A DNA stretch of 15,752 bases from Candidatus Wolframiiraptor sinensis (GTDB taxonomy: Archaea > Thermoproteota > Nitrososphaeria_A > Caldarchaeales > Wolframiiraptoraceae), in the NCBI GenBank assembly GCA_023261815.1, contig JALNKA010000021.1, positions 1 to 15,752 of the forward strand. Reading direction: 5' to 3'. Below are positions 7,171 through 15,625 of the stretch, piece after piece. Numbering within the stretch: the stretch's first letter is position 1; each line of letters begins with the position of its first letter. The translations under genes and the position numbers were made by a program. Under the pieces are notes generated by a model. That model had not been told where the DNA came from. It saw nothing but the letters and a program-made list of their open reading frames with translations, and made no database searches.

Positions 7171-8398
7171 CTAGCTTTTCTCCAGCTCCGCGCGATACAT
7201 CCTGGATAGTATGATTGGGGCGATTACCGAAGTGAGGACAACCATCCAGACCGCCTGGGCGTAGAGATCTTGACCGATTACGCCCTTACTGAGGGCTAGG
7301 CTAGCTATTATAAGGCCCAGCTCCCCCCTCGGGATCATCCCCACACCAACTCTCGCGCTCTTAACGCCGTTTCTGAGCTTTATCATCGCGCCCATGAACC
7401 CGCCGGTGAACTTGCTCGTGATCGCCAGTGCCGTCATCATGAGTATCCCGACGAGGACCTGGTCGGTGACGGCTCCCAAGTTCATCCTAGCTCCCACTAC
7501 CGTGAAGAATATCGGGCTGAATGCGGTGTTGATATGCCTGGTGAAATCCTTCACGTGCTGGAGCGCTCTCGACTCGGCTATGGCCATTCCCGCTGCATAA
7601 GCCCCGATTATCGGAGATAATCCAAGCGCTCCGGCTATGGCCGCGAGGACGAAGGCGGATGCTACTGCGGCGGCCTCGACCGCGCCCTCGACTCCGAGCG
7701 ACATGGCCCTCTCCATCACCCTCGGCAGGAAGTATGCGCCGAATCCCACCATCGCGAACCAGATCGCGAAGAAGGCGGTCACGATCCTCGCGGCATCATA
7801 GAGGCTTATCGTCCCGTGAACTACTACAGCTGTTATGATCGCGAGAACGGCGACCCCGAGCACGTCATCTATTACGGCGGCATTAATCAGCAGCACGCCC
7901 TCCTCCGTCTTCAGAAGATCGAGGCTCTCCAGGACCTTGGAGCTTATGGCCAGGCTTGTGGCGACCATTATCGCCCCGATGAAGAGCGCCGAGATAGGGG
8001 GCATCCCGCTCAAGCTATAAAACTCATATCCGGCGATGAATAGGATCACGGCTCCGAGGGTTGCGACTAGAACCACCCACATCCCGGCTTCCCTCAAGCT
8101 GGCCAGCCCCCATCTCGAGCCCCATAGAGAAGAGTAGCATGATCGCGCCTATCTCGGCGAACGCCTCAACATAATCGTTCAAGACGACTAGGGGCTCTCC
8201 GAAGACTATTATCCCGCCTCCCAGCGCGTAGGGGCTGAAGATCACTCCGGCCAAGAGCTCGCCGACGACCGGCGGAAGCCTGAGGCTCGAGAACATGCTC
8301 GCGAAGATCTTCGCGAAGAAGACGAGGACGCCGACCGTGACAATAGCCCTGAGAACGGGATCCGTGGAGCTCGCCGCAAAGGCCGGGTCCAGAGACAT
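7171..8398 (-). pseudogene. CPA2-family cation/H+ antiporter (NapA/KefB-like), split by a 1-nt frameshift into ORFs 8024..8398 and 7171..8097
   Basis: N-terminal part: RLPPVVGELLAGVIFSP, AEIGAIMLLFSMGLE. C-terminal part: ATSLAIS, AAVIDDVLG, GAYAAG, PIFFTVVG, GMIPRGE. Removing one G from the minus-strand G5 run (C5 at 8107-8111) gives ...GLEMG-LASLREAG... and one 408-aa ORF. Confidence 0.88.
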
Positions 8399-8542
8399 TA
8401 TCCCGAAACCCTGACTGCTTGAAACTTATTTGAGGATTTTCCTGAGAATTGCGCTTCATGCCGCGAGATCGCTTAGAGGATCCCGCCAGCGACCATGCCA
8501 CTCAGCTGAAGCTGAATATGAAGGGGGCGAGATCGGCGCCCG

Positions 8543-9601
8543 TTATAACTTGGTAAGGCCGAGCTTCCGCATCTTGTCCATGAGCTCCTCGATGAGCTCA
8601 TTAACCCTCTCGACCTCCATTACATCCCAGTAAACGAGCTTATCCGAGAGCATTTTCAAGGCCGATGACTCTCTCCTGATCTTCTCCAGCTCCTCCTTGT
8701 CTGCGACCGCTATGACCTTCTGGACTGTGGGGTCCTGCGAGGCCTTCATCAAATTGAGTAGCAGCGAGTCTATGCTTCCCTTCACGTGAACCTCGAACAC
8801 GTATCTCAGTTCGCCCAGATTACCTATTTTCGCCAGCCAAACCACATCAACCCTCGCCCCAGCGGCCAAGGAGACCTCCCTCAAGGCATCAAATCCCAAC
8901 CCCCTCCCGATACTCAGCAGCATATTGACGATGTCCTCGTGCTCAAGTGACTCCTTAGCTGCGGTCTCGCTCTCTTCCTCCGCAATTGTAAGAACATAGT
9001 ATAGAAAGTAGTGCACGTCTAGGAGGTCTGGGTCTGGAAGGCGCTTGGGATCTCTTATGAGGTTTGCTACCTCTTTTAGGATATCGATTATCGATGAATA
9101 CTCCTTCCCCGTCAGCCTACTTACTCCGAGTCGGGCGGCCTGGGTTAGCCCAAGTTTTAGTAGCGCTTCCTTAACCCTCCTATTCCATATGCCGTACTCC
9201 CTCGGATTGAAGTACGTGAGCATCTCCGTTATCATCGCAACTCCTATGCCTCTAACATTCTTGCGAAACTCATCGAATCTCTCGGCTAAATTGCGGTCGG
9301 AGTAGAGTAGCTCCTTCAAGTGGTGCCTTAACTTATCTAATCCCCCAGCCCCTCTTATCCAGTAATCCACCAGATACTCCTTTTTAGCCCACCACATGAA
9401 GGCATACAGGTTGTTGGCGAGAGCGATAAGACCGCCCTCATCCAGCTTCTCCAAATTCTCTCTACTAAGTATCCTCTTAATCTCGGCTTCATGTTCCCTC
9501 CTCTCCTCCTCAAACCTCGATCCCTCAACCCCGCCCCTAAAATCGAGATAACCCATCTTATACCTCAGCACATTCTTCATGAAATCCTGCGGCAGAGCCA
9601 T
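8543..9601 (-). CDS. Hypothetical two-domain protein with putative C-terminal PD-(D/E)xK-like nuclease domain
   Basis: C-terminal H..I...L..IG..LGF....E......RVDVVW.......YVFEVH resembles a restriction-endonuclease fold. The N-terminal helical domain has an HhH-like VRGIG...ITE.L....P..Y.IWN motif. An acidic linker (EEESETAAKES) joins them. Confidence 0.55.
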   Translation of the reverse strand: MALPQDFMKNVLRYKMGYLDFRGGVEGSRFEEERREHEAEIKRILSRENLEKLDEGGLIALANNLYAFMWWAKKEYLVDYWIRGAGGLDKLRHHLKELLYSDRNLAERFDEFRKNVRGIGVAMITEMLTYFNPREYGIWNRRVKEALLKLGLTQAARLGVSRLTGKEYSSIIDILKEVANLIRDPKRLPDPDLLDVHYFLYYVLTIAEEESETAAKESLEHEDIVNMLLSIGRGLGFDALREVSLAAGARVDVVWLAKIGNLGELRYVFEVHVKGSIDSLLLNLMKASQDPTVQKVIAVADKEELEKIRRESSALKMLSDKLVYWDVMEVERVNELIEELMDKMRKLGLTKL

Positions 9602-9632
9602 GCGGGCCGCCGCGGACTTTATGCCGCAATTC

Positions 9633-9649
9633 TATAAAAGATTTTTCCC
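9633..9649 (-). promoter_or_regulatory. BRE-TATA promoter of the putative nuclease gene
   Basis: The minus strand reads GGGAAAAAT-CTTTTATA, a purine-rich BRE followed by a TATA box, 32-39 nt upstream of ATG 9601. Confidence 0.6.
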
Positions 9650-9652
9650 GCA

Positions 9653-11035
9653 CTAAGTCATCAGCGGAATTTGTAGCGCGAGAAGTATCAGCGCGAGCGT
9701 TAGTGGGGGAAATGATGCTAGCGCTCCCGCTTTCATCCATTCTCTCAGCGTTACGTGCCCGAGCTTCTGCTTCTCCACCATTCCCACGGCCACTATGTTC
9801 GCTGTGCTACCTATTATCGTCAGATTCCCCAAGTATGTCGAGCCGAATAGCGCCGCCCACCATAATGGCGCTATATTGACGCCGAGGCTAGCCATGTCCT
9901 GGAGGACGGCTATCCAGAGGGCCACGGCCAGTATGTTATCCATGAAAGCCGACATTATCCCTATGATGTATCCGAGGGTGATCAAGAAGATCATCGGATC
10001 TAGGCTCGCGAGCGGCATTACATAGTGGGCGAAGGTCGTGGTTACCCCAGTCAATTTCAGCGTGCCAACCGACGTGAAGAACAGGAGAAAAAACAGTATA
10101 GTCCACCAGTCAACTCTCCTCTCCACGAGCTCCCTCGCTCTCACGTTCTCTATCAGGAGCGCGACCGCCGCGCCGATCATCGGGACTCCCAAGAGCATGG
10201 TGTTCTTCGGGAGATGGAGTATTTCCTCCAGCTGAGTGTGAAGGACGAGCCCGCCTATAACGCATAGGAAGAAGATCAGGGAGGTCCTATCTATCCTCCT
10301 CCGGTGGTCCGCGCCCGCTCCATCGTACGCCGTGACTGGTATCGCTCTCCTCATCTTCTCCTCGACCTCCTTCAGATACGGCTTGAAGTACAAGATCATC
10401 AGCCAGGCTATGAGCATCAGGGCGCAGACTGCTATCGGCGTGGACCACCTTAGGAAGTCCGAGAAGCCATACCCCGAGGCGAAGGCTATCATAACTCCAA
10501 CGGGGTTTCCGATGACCGTCGCGCTGCTGCCTATATTGGTCGCGAAAACGGTCATGAGCATCAGCGGTATCAGGGAGACCCCGAGCCTAGAGGCGATGTT
10601 TATCGCTATGCCCATCATGAATAGTATTGACGTGACCTCATCGACCATGGCCGCGAAAAGCGCCGCGAGAACCATGAGCATGAATATCGTCGCGTAGGGC
10701 CTATTTCCCGAATACTGCATCAACCTATCCACGAGAACCTCGAAGAACCTCCTCTCCTCCAAGAAGCCTATGACTATCATCATGCAGATCAGGAAAACTA
10801 CGACATCAAGGTTTGCATATCGTATGAAGTGCTCGAGATCGAGTAAGCCGGCCGCGAAGAGTATGGATACTCCTCCGAGGGCGAAGGCAACCCTGAACCT
10901 CCAAAACATTATGGCCCCAGAGACTATGGATAGGAAGATGGTAAGTGAGAGGGATTGAGCGGGATCAAAGCCGATCGTCCGCGAGAATAGTAAGATGATG
11001 ACTGGTATCGCGAGGTAGGCGAGAAGTCTTCTCAT
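9653..11035 (-). CDS. ArsB/NhaD (IT superfamily; CitMHS/P-protein-like) permease
   Basis: Many hydrophobic helices with twin motifs AMVDEVTS / ATNIGSSATVIGNPVG and SAFMDNI / LGNLTIIGSTANIVA, plus VDWWTILFF. Confidence 0.88.
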   Translation of the reverse strand: MRRLLAYLAIPVIILLFSRTIGFDPAQSLSLTIFLSIVSGAIMFWRFRVAFALGGVSILFAAGLLDLEHFIRYANLDVVVFLICMMIVIGFLEERRFFEVLVDRLMQYSGNRPYATIFMLMVLAALFAAMVDEVTSILFMMGIAINIASRLGVSLIPLMLMTVFATNIGSSATVIGNPVGVMIAFASGYGFSDFLRWSTPIAVCALMLIAWLMILYFKPYLKEVEEKMRRAIPVTAYDGAGADHRRRIDRTSLIFFLCVIGGLVLHTQLEEILHLPKNTMLLGVPMIGAAVALLIENVRARELVERRVDWWTILFFLLFFTSVGTLKLTGVTTTFAHYVMPLASLDPMIFLITLGYIIGIMSAFMDNILAVALWIAVLQDMASLGVNIAPLWWAALFGSTYLGNLTIIGSTANIVAVGMVEKQKLGHVTLREWMKAGALASFPPLTLALILLALQIPLMT

Positions 11036-11047
11036 AGCTCAAGTTAC

Positions 11048-11069
11048 GCTAATACCATTAGCTATTAAA
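11048..11069 (-). promoter_or_regulatory. TATA box plus 6-3-6 inverted repeat upstream of the permease
   Basis: Minus-strand TTTAATA (11063-11069) lies 28-34 nt upstream of ATG 11035 and is directly followed by GCTAAT-ggt-ATTAGC (11048-11062). Confidence 0.5.
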
Positions 11070-11097
11070 TGTTAGGGGTATAGCCGCGTCGTCTCCT

Positions 11098-11343
11098 TCA
11101 GTCCACTTTCGGCTTCGAGATTATGATGAGCGAGTCATCCTGCTGCTCAACATATACCTCGTGATTGAGCTTCAGCAGGGCCCTAAAAACCTGCTCCCAT
11201 GGAAATCTACCCGGGTCTAGGACCTTGATTATCACGCCACCGTATTCTGATGCCGTCTCACCGGAGTCGCCGATCATAAGGCTTATCATGACCTCGGGGC
11301 TGCAGCATTTCAGGCGATACTTCACATGCTCATTCTTATCCAT
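11098..11343 (-). CDS. Small hypothetical protein (81 aa) with vicinal Cys-Cys
   Basis: MDKNEHVKYRLKCCSPEVMISLM...GGVIIKVLDPGRFPWEQVFRALL...ISKPKVD. SD-like GAGGGG before ATG 11343 and TTTTAAA box at 11380-11386 (minus strand) support this start over GTG 11379. Confidence 0.7.
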   Translation of the reverse strand: MDKNEHVKYRLKCCSPEVMISLMIGDSGETASEYGGVIIKVLDPGRFPWEQVFRALLKLNHEVYVEQQDDSLIIISKPKVD

Positions 11344-11520
11344 CGTCCCCTCTGACAGGGACTTATCCACCAGAGTCACTTTAAAAGCATTGCTCCTAAA
11401 AAGGATTGCCTTAAAACCCTCATAATCAGCAAGGTATTATGGAGATTCGCGCTTCAGCGATGGCTTAGGCGGCTGGTCAGGTATTTATGCGGGGCTTCCG
11501 AGATTTTTCAGGCGAGCTCC

Positions 11521-12165
11521 TTGAGGATTAGGGCCCTAATCTTCGATCTCGATGGAACACTATACAGGTCAGAGAATTATACGAGGCACCTCAAGGAGGG
11601 GATCCTCGAGACATTGGCGGAGCTTCTCTCGATGAGCATGGAGGATGCCTCAAGACTCCTCCGCGATCTGAGGTCCAAGTATGGCAGTATAACACTCGGC
11701 ATAATGTCCCTCGGGTTGGACAAGTCCGAGTTTTATCGCAGGCTTGTGGATAAGCTGGCTCCGGAGAGATTCATCGCCGCGAGGCCCGAGCTCCTCAAAT
11801 TCCTCGCAGAGTTGAAGGAGATGGGCTTCAAGCTCGCCTGCCACACGAATGCCAGCAGAGCTCTCGCGGAGAAGGTTCTCGATGCTCTCGGGATACCGCC
11901 GGAGATCTTCGACCTGATAGTGACTTGCGATGATGCGGAGCCCAAGCCCATGCCCGACGGCTACCTGAAGATAGTCGAGTTGCTGGGCATAAGCCCAAGT
12001 GAAATTCTATACGTCGGCGATAGGTGGAGGGTTGAGCTAGAGACTGCGAAGAGGCTTGGAATGAAGACCGCTCTCGTCGCCGACGTGCCCAGGAGCGAGC
12101 CCGACCTCGTGATCCAGGATGTCCTAGAGCTCTGGGATAAGCTCAGATTCCTCGAAGATCCATAG
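11521..12165 (+). CDS. HAD-superfamily subclass IA hydrolase (nucleotidase/phosphatase-like)
   Basis: Motifs IFDLDGTLY, CHTNA, EPKPMPDGY, and YVGDRWRVELETAKRLGM. Confidence 0.88.
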   Translation: MRIRALIFDLDGTLYRSENYTRHLKEGILETLAELLSMSMEDASRLLRDLRSKYGSITLGIMSLGLDKSEFYRRLVDKLAPERFIAARPELLKFLAELKEMGFKLACHTNASRALAEKVLDALGIPPEIFDLIVTCDDAEPKPMPDGYLKIVELLGISPSEILYVGDRWRVELETAKRLGMKTALVADVPRSEPDLVIQDVLELWDKLRFLEDP

Positions 12166-12178
12166 CGCTCCGAGCTCT

Positions 12179-13726
12179 TCAGCACGGCTCTATGGTTGAT
12201 GGGGGTTTTGGTGTCGCGGCGTAGGCCACCATCGTGACTCCCGGCACTTCTCGAGTTATCCTGCTCGAGATCCTCTCGAGGAGTCCGTGATCTATCCTAT
12301 GCCAGTCGGCGGTCATCCCATCAACGCTCTCGACTATCCTGATTATCACGATGTATCCGTCAATTCTTCTATCGCCCATTACTCCAACCCACTTGTCATC
12401 GCAGACGACGGCGAATGCTTGCCAGACCCCGTCGTATAGCCCGCTCCTCCTCAGCTCCTCCTCGAGTATAGCGTTCGCCTCCCTGCATATCTCGAGCTTC
12501 TCCTCCGTCACCTCGCCTATGATCCTGACGGCGAGACCGGGCCCGGGGAACGGGTGCCTCTTCACGATCTCATCCGGGAGCCCGAGCCTCCTCGCGATCT
12601 CGCGAACCTCATCCTTATAGAAGTCCCTCAACGGCTCGAGGAGCTTGAGATTCATCCTCTCGGGCAGGCCCCCGACGTTATGATGGCTCTTGATCAGCGC
12701 GGCCGCCCTGCTCGCCCTACCGCTCTCGATCCTATCCGGGTAAATCGTTCCCTGGGCCAGCCACCTCACACCGGGTATCTTACCAGCCTCTTCCTCGAAG
12801 ACCCTGATGAACTCCTCGCCGATGATCCTCCGCTTCTCCTCCGGGTCAGAGACGCCCCTAAGCTTCTCCAGAAACCTCCTCCTAGCATCCACGACTATCA
12901 GGTTCTTGACTCCGAATCTCCTCAGGCTATCCTCGACATTCTCCCTCTCATTCTTTCTCAGAAGCCCGTGATCCACGAAAATGCAGTATAATCTGTCTCC
13001 GATGGCCCTAGAGACGAGGATCGCGGTGGTCAATGAGTCAACGCCGCCGCTGACGGCGCAGATAACCCTTTCATCCTCGGAAACCGTTCTCCTGATCTCC
13101 TCGATCAGCTCGCTGATCCTGTCGCCGGGGCTCCACCAGGGCTCTATCCCGCATATCCTCCTCAGAAAGTTCTCCAGGATCCTCATGCCATGCTCGGTGT
13201 GAGCGACCTCCGGGTGAAACTGGAGCGAGTAAATCCTCCTCTCCTCTTCGCTCATCGAGGTTATTACTCCGCCCTCGCTCACGCTCGTGATCCTGAAGCC
13301 GGGCGGAGGCTCGACAACAGAGTCGCCATGGCTCATCCAAACATTAAACCTCCTAGGCATCCCCTCTAGGAGGCTATCATGCTCGATAACCTCGATAAGC
13401 GTTCTACCATATTCGCCGAATCTCCCCCGCGAGACCCTTCCCCCGAAAAGCCTCGTGATCAGCTGATGGCCATAGCAGATGCCTAGAACCGGCAAGCCTC
13501 TGGAAACTATCGCGCCCAAGTCTACTGTCGGCGAGCCAGGCTCATAGGCGCTTCTAGGCCCGCCGGAGAGTATCACGCCCCCAACATCCCCCCTCCCGAG
13601 CTCGGCGACAACACCCTCGGGCTCAACTATCTCCGAGTAGACCCCGAGCTCTCTGCACCTCCTCGCGATCAGGTGGGTGTATTGGCCCCCGAAATCCACG
13701 ACGATTATCCTTGAGCCTCTTCCCAT
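12179..13726 (-). CDS. guaA: GMP synthase (glutamine-hydrolysing), fused GATase + ATP-PPase
   Basis: DFGGQYTHLIARR, SGGP, GICYGHQ (catalytic Cys), QFHPEV, SGGVDS (PP-loop), QGTIYPD, IKSHHNVGGLP, HPFPGPGLAVR, and KPPSTIE. Confidence 0.98.
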   Translation of the reverse strand: MGRGSRIIVVDFGGQYTHLIARRCRELGVYSEIVEPEGVVAELGRGDVGGVILSGGPRSAYEPGSPTVDLGAIVSRGLPVLGICYGHQLITRLFGGRVSRGRFGEYGRTLIEVIEHDSLLEGMPRRFNVWMSHGDSVVEPPPGFRITSVSEGGVITSMSEEERRIYSLQFHPEVAHTEHGMRILENFLRRICGIEPWWSPGDRISELIEEIRRTVSEDERVICAVSGGVDSLTTAILVSRAIGDRLYCIFVDHGLLRKNERENVEDSLRRFGVKNLIVVDARRRFLEKLRGVSDPEEKRRIIGEEFIRVFEEEAGKIPGVRWLAQGTIYPDRIESGRASRAAALIKSHHNVGGLPERMNLKLLEPLRDFYKDEVREIARRLGLPDEIVKRHPFPGPGLAVRIIGEVTEEKLEICREANAILEEELRRSGLYDGVWQAFAVVCDDKWVGVMGDRRIDGYIVIIRIVESVDGMTADWHRIDHGLLERISSRITREVPGVTMVAYAATPKPPSTIEPC

Positions 13727-13811
13727 CGCCTCTCGCCATTAGTCCGCGTTGCCAAGGCAATAAAGGTTAGCGAGAGGAATCTTTTTCTAGAATCCTAGTA
13801 AGCGCTAAGTC

Positions 13812-14369
13812 ATGGTCTCCGAGGAGTTTAGGATTATCCCGATATTCACAGCTTATCACCTTATACACCCGAAGCCCGCGGTCATCGTGATCTCCGTGGA
13901 CGAGTCCGGTAGAGCTAATGGAATGACTGCCGCATGGACAACACCCTTATCCCATTCTCCGCCACTCGTCGGCGTCTCGATATCGCCGCTAAGATACACC
14001 TATCAGCTGGTCAAGAGGTCCGGCGAGTTCACGATAAACGTGCTGGATAAGCGTTATGTCAAGCAGGCTCATTTTATCGGGACTGTGTCAGGGAGGGGCC
14101 GGGATAAGCTCGCCGAGGCGGGCTTCAGCTTGATGCGATCTAGGAGGGTTAAGCCACCGCACATTAGGGAGGCTTTAGCGGTTCTAGAATGCGCGGTTGA
14201 AAAGGAGGTTGAGGCTGGAGACCACGTCCTCTTCATCGGCAGGATCCTAGAAGCCTACGCTAAGAGCGAGGTATTCGATGAAGTCTATAAGCCGGGGAAA
14301 GCGAAGATCCTGATGCATCTTGGCGGAGCATGCTATGCGACGCTCGCGGATGAGTTGATCAAGCCATAG
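13812..14369 (+). CDS. Flavin reductase-like FMN-binding protein (DIM6/NTAB, flavoredoxin family)
   Basis: P.P.V.V...G..N.MTAAW..P.S..PP, GEFTINV, GTVSGR..DK, LEC.V, and GDHVLFIG.I. Confidence 0.9.
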   Translation: MVSEEFRIIPIFTAYHLIHPKPAVIVISVDESGRANGMTAAWTTPLSHSPPLVGVSISPLRYTYQLVKRSGEFTINVLDKRYVKQAHFIGTVSGRGRDKLAEAGFSLMRSRRVKPPHIREALAVLECAVEKEVEAGDHVLFIGRILEAYAKSEVFDEVYKPGKAKILMHLGGACYATLADELIKP

Positions 14370-14384
14370 CCATATCACGCGGGA

Positions 14385-15146
14385 TTATGCCTCGGATTTG
14401 CTGAACATGTAGGCGCCGAGTGCCGTCGTGGAGACGCATAGGGCCAGCGCAACCGCCAAGTCTGCCGCGAGTGGGATCGAGGACGATCCCGTGAGGAAGC
14501 CTCTAAGACCATCGACAAGATATGTTAACGGATTCAGGTACATGAGGCTCCTAAGCCAGTCGCTCACGCTCTCGAGCGGGAAGAAGGCTGTTGAGAGGAA
14601 GATCGAGGGCATCATTATCAGGTTCATGAGGAGTGGGAATGCGTCTGGATCCCTGAGTCTCACGGCTATGCTGAGGCCCAGCCCGACGGCGAAAAACGCT
14701 ATCAACAGCATGAAGATTAGTGCGGGAATTATTCCTTGGATGCTAATTCTGGCGCCGAGCGCGATGCCTGCCGCGAGTACCAAGAGGCCTTGGATTAATG
14801 CCACGGTCGAGCCTCCCAGAATCCTGCCTACGACTATTGAGAGCCTGCTGACGGGCGCCACTAGAACCTCCTTCAGGAACCCGAACTGCCTATCCCAGAT
14901 CACGGAGAGGCCCGCGAACATCGAGGAGAATATGACGGACATGGCGATCATGCCGGGAGCCAAGAAGTCCAGGTAACTTAAGCCTCTCGGCATCCCCGGA
15001 AGGCTCATGGGCCTCAAGCCTATTCCCAAGAATGCTAGGAAGAAAAATGGCTGGATTATGTTTGCTATCAGCCTGCTTCTAGCTCTTGCGAAGAGCTTGA
15101 CGTCCCGGAGCCACATTACGTAGATCGCCTGAAGCTCCGCGTTCAC
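14385..15146 (-). CDS. ABC-2 type exporter permease (DrrB-like)
   Basis: Six hydrophobic segments; YLDFLAPG, WDRQFGFLKEVLVAPVSR, FLS..FFP, and NPLTY.VD.LR. GTG overlaps the stop of the ATPase gene. Confidence 0.93.
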   Translation of the reverse strand: MNAELQAIYVMWLRDVKLFARARSRLIANIIQPFFFLAFLGIGLRPMSLPGMPRGLSYLDFLAPGMIAMSVIFSSMFAGLSVIWDRQFGFLKEVLVAPVSRLSIVVGRILGGSTVALIQGLLVLAAGIALGARISIQGIIPALIFMLLIAFFAVGLGLSIAVRLRDPDAFPLLMNLIMMPSIFLSTAFFPLESVSDWLRSLMYLNPLTYLVDGLRGFLTGSSSIPLAADLAVALALCVSTTALGAYMFSKSEA

Positions 15147-15625
15147 CTCCGCATCCTCCTCCTAGCAATGTTTCTCATCTTCTCCACTGCGTCCGCTATC
15201 TCCTCCCTAATACTCCTGCCGGTGAATTTGAGGTAAACGTCCTCGAGGGTCGGCTCCCTGAGCAGGATCGAGTCCACGGCTACCCCCAGCTTCTCAGCGA
15301 TCATCACTATCTCCGGAATCTTCTTCTCACCGCGATCAACGTATACGCTGATCTCGCTTCCCCGCGTCTTAACCTCCCTGACCCAGTCCTGCCTCATTAG
15401 CTCCTCGGCTAATGGCCCGGGATCAGAGCAGCTCACGATGACTACGTCGCCGCCTATCATGTCCTTCAAGTTCCGGGGCTCATCGACCGCAAGTATTCTG
15501 CCACGATCTATTATCGCGACTCTGTGCGAGAGGTAGTCGGCTTCCTCCATGTAATGCGTCGTGAGGAAGACCGTAACCTCCTCCCTCCTATTCAGCGCAA
15601 GAATGTATCCCCAGATCGCCCTCCT
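15143..15625 (-). pseudogene. DrrA-like ABC ATPase, C-terminal portion only (interrupted by an inversion junction)
   Basis: RRAIWGYI...TVFLTTHYMEEAD.L..RVAIID.G (H-loop) and PTLEDVYLKFTG. The ORF-track residues upstream of about 15625 are not ABC-like and are the antisense of the next feature. Confidence 0.88.

Noticed and set aside
114-8398. Both frameshifted genes span exactly 1228 nt
   Set aside because: The sequences and families are unrelated; treated as coincidence.
8400-8542. Intergenic region with several CTGA and TGAGGA words, considered as a C/D-box sRNA
   Set aside because: Box order and guide spacing do not match the C-D'-C'-D layout.
11335-11370. Direct repeat CTTATCCA (11335-11342, 11362-11369) resembling a DnaA box
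   Set aside because: Archaeal context, only two imperfect copies, one overlapping a start codon, and no origin-like features.
13749-13760. TTGCC-AA-GGCAA inverted repeat in the divergent guaA/flavin-reductase promoter region
   Set aside because: 5-bp arms are too short to distinguish from chance.
685-14976. Numerous antisense or alternate-frame ORFs (e.g. 685..1020, 1539..1802, 3012..3668, 3646..4185, 5019..5336, 6526..6888, 8166..8501, 10332..10697, 12554..12991, 14428..14976)
   Set aside because: They lie largely over well-supported genes, many are Ser/Leu/Ile-rich shadows of the codon bias, and none shows a recognisable motif.
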